A DNA stretch of 63,688 bases, the filler included, from Collodictyon triciliatum (Eukaryota), in the NCBI GenBank assembly GCA_043381765.1. It is 9 parts of 9 records of this genome, joined end to end, with 100 filler letters (N's around TTAATTAATTAA, not from the genome) between each part and the next. Parts side by side here need not be neighbours in the genome. Positions count along the whole stretch, not along the records: positions 56,708 to 63,688 come from JBHJMP010004132.1; 8 more parts are not named here. One strand, given 5' to 3'. Of the stretch, positions 56,890 to 63,688 are shown one piece after another. The position numbers and the translations under genes are program-made. Within the stretch, counting starts at the first letter, position 1. Every line of letters starts with the position of its first letter. The notes below the pieces were generated by a model. That model had not been told where the DNA came from. It did no database searches and saw only the letters and a list, made by a program, of their open reading frames with translations.

Positions 56890-57767
56890 ACATCCTGGAA
56901 GAAGGGTTCCTCGGGGAGACGGTGCGGGTGTCTGCGCAGGGAGACAGCAAGGACGGGGGACGGTGCCGGGTGGAGCGACGACACGAGGGGGACGGGCGCA
57001 GCAGGTGGAGCGTGTGTGCGGGGACGGGGCGGTGGCGGGTGGAGCAGGACTCGGAGGGGTCGTCGTGGGTGCGGACGGAGGGGTGCGGGCGGTGGAGCGT
57101 GCATGCGGGGACGACGCCTTCGGCAGGGGAGGCGCACGTGGTGACGGGGACGGCGCTCGGGGGCGGGGCGCACCAGTCGTGGCGGGGGCGGGCGTGGGTG
57201 GACTGGCTGGCGTCGCGCGTGGGCGGCGGGGCGGAGCGGCGCGTGGGGCGGGGCGGCCTGGCGTGTGCCTTCGACGCGGGCTTCGACACGCGGACGGCCG
57301 GCGAGACGGCGGGCGCGTATGCCGTGCGCTACGTGGCCGGCGGCGACGCCGAGGCGGGCGCGTACACGCTGCTGTGGTCGCGCGACCTGGTCCGCGGCTC
57401 GTCGCGTCTGGCGCTGGCGGTGCCCCACACCCGGGCGGGCGGCAGCGGCAGTGGCGTGGACGTGGCCCTTGCCGTCGCCCTCGACACGCGCTACCGCACC
57501 CTCGCCTCCCCCCGCCACGCAACCCTCACCATCGGCGCCCGCGTGGCTGCCCCAGCCGCAGCTGCAGCCTCTGCCTCTGCCCTGCGCGTCAAGGCCGACT
57601 CCGACGGCTCCCTCGCCCTTGCGCTCCAGACGCAGCCCCTCCCCGGCGTCCGCCTCGCAGCCTCCCTCCACGCGCGCCCCTTCCCGCTCTCCTCCGCACG
57701 CACACACACACACGCCGCCCCGCTCCCTGCCTTCGGCCTCGCCCTCGACTTTGTGCCTCCGCTTTGA
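56890..57767 (+). CDS. Divergent VDAC/eukaryotic porin-like beta-barrel, very GC-rich; first exon missing
   Basis: After acceptor cccccag|, DILEEGF resembles VDAC D.F.KGY. The C-terminus LTIGAR...LRVKADSDGSLALALQTQPLPGVRLAASL...FGLALDF matches VDAC KAKVN..G.VGL..QQ.L.PGVKLTLS...KFGLGLEF, including a beta-signal. Confidence 0.75.
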
Positions 57768-58188
57768 TGGCCCCGCCTGCCTTTGTGCCTCTGTGCGTCG
57801 CTGCCATAAACCACCCTGCTGCTCCCAGTCCCATCCTTTCTGCCCTCTCTTGTCCAGATTATTTTGTCCTTGGCGCGTGTGTGTCTCTGTGTGCCGTTCT
57901 CACTGCCCTGGCATCTGCCTGACAGCTCCCTTGCCGTCACAACGGGATGATGCATTCGGCAATTGGTATAAGTTGTCGGGCTTGTGCCATATAGTCATCT
58001 TTGCATTTGGTTCATTCGGCTATGTTTTTTTTTTCTTTTCGGTGTTTGATTGTCTGGCGTTGAGACGGAAAGCGGGGAGGTGCGCCGGTCTTGAGTGCCG
58101 GCGAGTCGAGAGTCTTGGTGGGCGGGCCGAGTGATGCGTGCCTTTTACTTTCTGACTGCTTTGTTTGCGGTGTAGGGTGCGCAAAGGA

Positions 58189-61100
58189 ATGAAGCGGGCG
58201 GGTCTTGTCTGGGCGCTGATCCTGTGTGGCGGGTTGGTGTTGCTCTGTCCGCCGGCTGTGGAAGGCATGATCTACTCAAAGACTATCAAGCTTCCCACAG
58301 ATGACCTGCAGCAGTTTTATGTCTTCCAGCGCTTTGGTTTGTTGACTGGAGGCACGCTTAACATTACTATGCAGCTGTCGGTTTGTGTTGTATCCTAGAC
58401 ATAACAAGACAGAAATAAAAAAAAAATACAAACAAAAAAAAAAAATACACACAAACAAGTTGATGTTCTTCTCTTGAGCCCACTGTTATACCCTATTCTA
58501 CTTCCTTCATTTTACTGTAGGGCGCATACAAGTTTTATATGATACTTATTTACCATAAGTTTCAAAACATTTAGAATACAAATACATCGGGGTACTTCAT
58601 GTTTTGCAGCGGCAAAGAAGTTGACAAGGTATGAATATTGTTATCATCCTTTTTTTTTTTTTTTTATTTACTTTGATTCGAATGAAAGAAAAATCGGTAT
58701 TATGCTTTTTTTTTTTTGGAATTTTTTTAATTGCATTACTCTACTTTCCCAGATCTTCTGCTCAATTTTTTCTGAAGTTATTTACACCGCCTATAATTTA
58801 ATTTGTCGCCTCTACCTCTCGCCAATCAATAATTATTATAACATAGCAATGCTTCACACTTTTATATCATTTTTCTATTCCTCAATTGATTTATCAATTA
58901 TGTATCATGTTTCGATTACCCTTATAAATATTTATCGTCGTCCATACCTTTATTCGTTAATACTTAATAGATAAATATAATATCATACATAAATAAGACA
59001 GTAAATCCCTGACCTTCACAGATAAATTCGATGTATGACTCTGCTTCAAAGTTATGCAAATATTTTGATAATGTAAAGTGCCTTTACAGAAAAAAGTTAA
59101 ATGAGTCTTATTTTGATGACTACGTCAAAGTGTCCGTGAAAGACACTTACTACTTATTCGTCGAAAATTGTGACTTTGGTAGATTAAAAATCAAGGTAAG
59201 TTTCAAAAAAGAAGAAAAAGGAGCGCACGTTCGAATTCAAAGTAGAATGCTTAGAATGCTAGTAGAATATCGTGAAATTAATCACATTTTTCTGTCCGTA
59301 TTGTGCCTTGTGACACGAGGAGGAAAAAAAAAAAAAAAGGGAGCTTGATTTAAATATCCTCTTCATTTTCATTTCTTTCGTACATTTATTCCAAGACAAA
59401 ATATACCTTACTCAATCCTGGAGGACAGCATCTCGATTATGGGTTGATTCCTATGCTCGATATTTACAAAGCCAGCATGATAACCGCATCCATTATAGCC
59501 TCTCTTTGGCTGATGAACAGACTGTATCATCACAAGGTGAATGTAATAGAGTTAAAAACACTCAAGTAACTTCATATTGTATTCTCCTTGTTTTCTTTTC
59601 TTTTTGAAATATTTTTTCATGTTGCTTTTTTTCCCCCCTCCCCTTTTCACAAATTTGTTATCTTTCCATCCATTAGCCACCTTCGCAGAGAAAAACTTCA
59701 AAATATGAATATTTATATACGAAATTAGTTAATACTTGGGATGTCATGCTGTTTTTTTTTTTTTTTTTTTTTTTTNNNNNNNNNNNNNNNNNNNNNNNNN
59801 NNNNNNNNNNNNNNNNNNNNNNNNNNNNNNNNNNNNNNNNNNNNNNNNNNNNNNNNNNNNNNNNNNNNNNNNNNNNNNNNNNNAGGAACCCGGAATCAAA
59901 TTGCATCGATTTATTACAGTTCTGCTAATTCTTAAGATTATGAAGGCTTATTTTGATGATTTTCACTGGGAGTACATGTCTGAGAATGGTATTGAACCCG
60001 ATTGGTTGGTGAATTTGGATATATTTGGTGCTCAGATGGGATACGATTTTGCTTTCTACCTAATTATTCTCTTGATTTCAAAGGTACGTTATTTCCCGGG
60101 ATATGCGAACTTTAATTGTCCTTTTTTCTTATACAATTTGTACATTTCTAATCTTCTGATACATTATGAATAGGGATATTCAGTGACCATAGATAATTTT
60201 GAAGTGAAGTCCAATATTGTCACATTATGTGAGCTTTTTTCTTCTTATTTTTCTTGTCTTATATTGTCTTATCCTATATTGTTATACTATGGAACCCTAT
60301 GTTACGTTATCATGCCTGAGTATTTTATGTTATGCTCGCTTATTCTGTTAATTTTTCTTACTTCATATTGCGCACATTATAATTAAATTCAAATAAGTCA
60401 AAGGCAATCTAACTACCATGCTTTTTATTATTTATTTATATATATATTTATTGGTTTATTGGTTTTATTGGTTTCCTTTTTTTTTTCTTTTTCGCCGATG
60501 TAATAGCAATATTTTGCATAATGGTCGCATCGTTTTCTCTCTTCTCATATTTTGGAGGATATTCGTTTGTAAGTTTTAATTCAATCGAAAAAGTGTGTGT
60601 CCCACAACTTGAGTCCATGTTTTGAATTAGTTGAATAATATAATTATTAATAATCAAATGTATCATGCTCCACCATCCTGCACAAAATTGAAAGGAAGAA
60701 TAAAAAAAAAATAATCAGATGTATCATGTTCTTTTTTCTCCTTCCACTCAAACATAGAAAACAATATTTCTAGTTCCCGCTCTTGATAGTTTACTTCTTC
60801 TTTTTCCGATCTGTTTTCATGAGCAATTCGCTCATCTCCCGAAGTTTGCATGTTAGTATGAGTAGCAAACCCAATATTTACAACGTTATCTTAACGTAAC
60901 ATTCTAAAATTTTATGCTATATTGTATGAATTTATTCCATTCAATTTTTGTAAACAAACTTTTAAATTGTTTTTAAGAGCACAATGAAATAAAATATACT
61001 AATTATGGGTACCATATAATAGCAAGAGATAAACCTTTTGAGTGCATCTAATTTCCAAGGGTCAGTCATGTCTCTCGTTCAGAAATCGATTCTGTTAAAG

Positions 61101-61652
61101 TATGCTAATTAATCATATTACCATCATTATTGTTATTATGCATCACAACCATTCTGCTTACAACTATTAATTCATATTGTATTTTTTTCATAAAGTAAAC
61201 GAGTAAATGATCATTACATACCAAAACAGATCTTTCAGAACAGTAATATTGATTTACATCATTCTGAGCATTTGCGTAATTTTTTTTTTAGGATAAATTT
61301 TATATAATAATTATTCTACTCATACAAACCATATTCCCCCTTTATTTGATTGAAAGTTTCATACAAACCAAATATCAGAATATACCAATGAAGGAGTCAT
61401 TCATATTTCAACCTATTCAATTTAAACGCATGTTTTTTCCCCTTCTTTCATAAGTTCCTAATTCAATTATAGGCTAATCTGATAGGCGTTTTCCTACAAT
61501 TTTATTACTTGTGGTCACTGTATTTTCTTCGGGAGCTGGTCTCATTGTCTGCTTTAGCAGGGCTAACGTAATAATATAGTTACAATAATGTTAATTTTCG
61601 CATTAGTTTAAAGTCACCCTTCTCCCCCGTTATTAGTCTCTGTTTTCTTTTC

Positions 61653-61749
<97 letters not shown>

Positions 61750-62561
61750 GTGATAGCGATAATGATAATGATGATAATTGTTTTTATCATCACCCTACCT
61801 TCCCTTGAATCGAATAAAGGAAAAAAAAATTGTTTTTATCAACTAGTCGTGGCTATTGCATACTTTGGTATGCAAGATGCCTTAAACTATATAAGCCAAT
61901 ATCCTGCTCGATATTTGTGTCCTTCATTATGAAAAATATTGGGCCCATAAAGAAAAAAAAATTAAATTCATAATTCCTTTTTCTAAGGTACATATTCAAG
62001 TTTCATAAGTTTTCAGATTATAATGACAGAGAGAACTTTGAGAGGATGGTCAGGGTTCTTCAAAACGCAGAGGTTTTCAATTAAAGTTACCAGGGGAAAA
62101 AAAAAGTCCCTTAAACATATCTTTGTATTCCCGATATTATTCAATTATCATTCTAATTTATTTTCTTTATTTTTCCATGAAATTCAGATGACATTCAATG
62201 GCGATAACTCCTTCGAACTGAGACCCATCCCAGAGGGCCATGAATATTTTACTGAGGAGGAGCTTGCTCACATTTTCATTATTCAGATGCCCGACGAGAG
62301 ACATGAAAAATTTTTGATTGCGAGGTTACATATATACTTTATCATTCAAAAAAAGCTGCATAAATGTCCTATTTTCATCGTAATACGGAAATATCAATAT
62401 GACCCCATGATATAATGACGCGCTCGATTGCCTATAGACAACGGGATGCAAGCTCCGAGTGGCCTCAATCTGAACACATAGACTCCCCAGCATCGAATTC
62501 GGCTGTGCTAACTATACAACCAGACCCTGACGAAGAGCCTGGTCCAAGAACCCTTTTGTAA
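58189..62561 (+). CDS. GPR107/108/TMEM87-like (lung seven-TM, GOST family) protein, multi-exon
   Basis: Signal peptide; QRFGLLTGGTLNI; DTYYLFVENC; YTLLNPGGQHLDYGLIPM; IKLHRFITVLLILK; ILLISKGYSVT; further TM exons; stop at 62559-62561. Confidence 0.8.
60668..60709 (+). mobile_element. Family A micro-insertion in an intron, sense to the host gene
   Basis: ctccaccatcctgcacaaaattgaaaggaagaat plus A-tail; 19-bp TSD aataatca(a/g)atgtatcatg (60649-60667 and 60710-60728, one mismatch). Confidence 0.9.
61790..61827 (+). mobile_element. Family B micro-insertion in an intron
   Basis: tcaccctaccttcccttgaatcgaataaagg plus A-tail; perfect 14-bp TSD aattgtttttatca (61776-61789 and 61828-61841). Confidence 0.85.
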
Positions 62562-63259
62562 AAGAGTAAAGAACGTGGCCGAATGAAATATTACCGCGTA
62601 TTTTCCTTCTTTCCTTCCCCTCTCTTATTCGGGATAATACACTGGCGAGCATACATAAACGTCCCGCTACTAATTTTTTTTCCATTTTGATTTGACCTTT
62701 TTTTTTTTGTTGAGATTGTGGGTGCTTTTCATTACATTTACTATTAAAAAAACTGCTAATCCATCTTGGGAATGACAGGTATTGTCTGTGTTATCTAGGA
62801 TATAATGGCTTTGCTTTTTAAACATTCATTCACAGGTGCTCACCTGCATGTAAAATGAAGAACATCAAAGGGTTCGGTAATTCCCAAAGAAATATTTATT
62901 CACATAGAGTAACAAAATAATGTTAAGGGAACAATGATAATGATAATGATAAAATAGTTTCCCTAAATATCATACTAAAATGGTATAAATGTCTCCCGTT
63001 TAAAGATTTCATATGGGAAGCGTGGTGTTTGATTATAATTTTATAAAAAGAAAATTGAGGAATATTCATAAGAACATGCTGTTAAATCCCTGATCTAATC
63101 TAGAACCTATCCAAGTTATTCTTCCCTCATCCTGCGAATGCTATTCGGCACTAGAGCGATGTCAATCGATATGTGCCTGTGATTGAAAAACTTTGTGTTG
63201 TGCAAAATACGGGGCAGAAAATAATGTTAATAGACAAATCACCACGATTTTGGGTTGGT

Positions 63260-63609
63260 TTATTCGGCAAGCTTTCCGAAAGCAATCAAAGTGAATTGGA
63301 GACTTTCTGGATTGTGTTCCATAAACTTTGTCTTAATGACACCGGCAGTGTCCTAGACATATTCATAGCTTCAATGGACTGTTTAAGAGTGTGTATACAA
63401 ATATGTGTGTGAAATAGAGATTAATAGAGGGGGCGGGAAGAGAGAAAAATGTAAGATATATCATTCAATCTCACCTGGAGGAATGTTCCGTTTGAAGTGG
63501 AGCCATGATTGATGGGGTTCTTCTTTCTTCCATCTAATTCATAAATGTGCCCATTCCTTTCCACGAAGCAGATGAAATGCAATGACACAATCTCGTCTGC
63601 GCCGGGGAC
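63260..63609 (-). CDS. UCHL3: Ubiquitin C-terminal hydrolase (UCH-L3-like), last two exons
   Basis: Exon 63609-63475 [30 protein letters not shown] (catalytic His and Asp); exon 63352-63260 [30 protein letters not shown]. Confidence 0.9.
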
Positions 63610-63635
63610 CTAAATCGCCAGAAATACACTCTTTA

Positions 63636-63688
<53 letters not shown>

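Noticed and set aside
56652-58134. Several long overlapping ORFs on both strands
   Set aside because: Shadow ORFs caused by high GC; only the porin frame has family motifs.

Overview
AT-rich, intron- and microsatellite-rich eukaryotic (protist-like) DNA. The window is not one locus. Eight N-TTAATTAATTAA-N linkers about 7.08 kb apart divide it into nine ~7 kb scaffolds, apparently concatenated by size, so adjacency across linkers means nothing. Spliced genes reconstructed by hand: ZNF598/Hel2-like RING ligase, Brix1, a large acidic low-complexity protein, a sulfotransferase, EB1, a membrane-anchored jacalin-like protein, an ABCG half-transporter, a divergent TCTP, a MORN-repeat protein, dUTPase, a large multi-pass receptor-like protein with a SAM-like tail, a very GC-rich VDAC-like porin, a GPR107/TMEM87-like 7TM protein and the 3' end of a UCH-L3-like deubiquitinase. 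There are many L1/Tx1-like non-LTR retrotransposon pieces and several decayed pseudogenes. The most unusual signal is a LINE family whose ORF2 appears to run into the poly(A) tail without a stop codon in two different 3'-end subfamilies. This family has also left very short (about 23-57 nt) TSD-flanked 3'-end insertions, and a second, unrelated micro-insertion family is present. All calls come from manual translation and motif recognition; no database searches were run.
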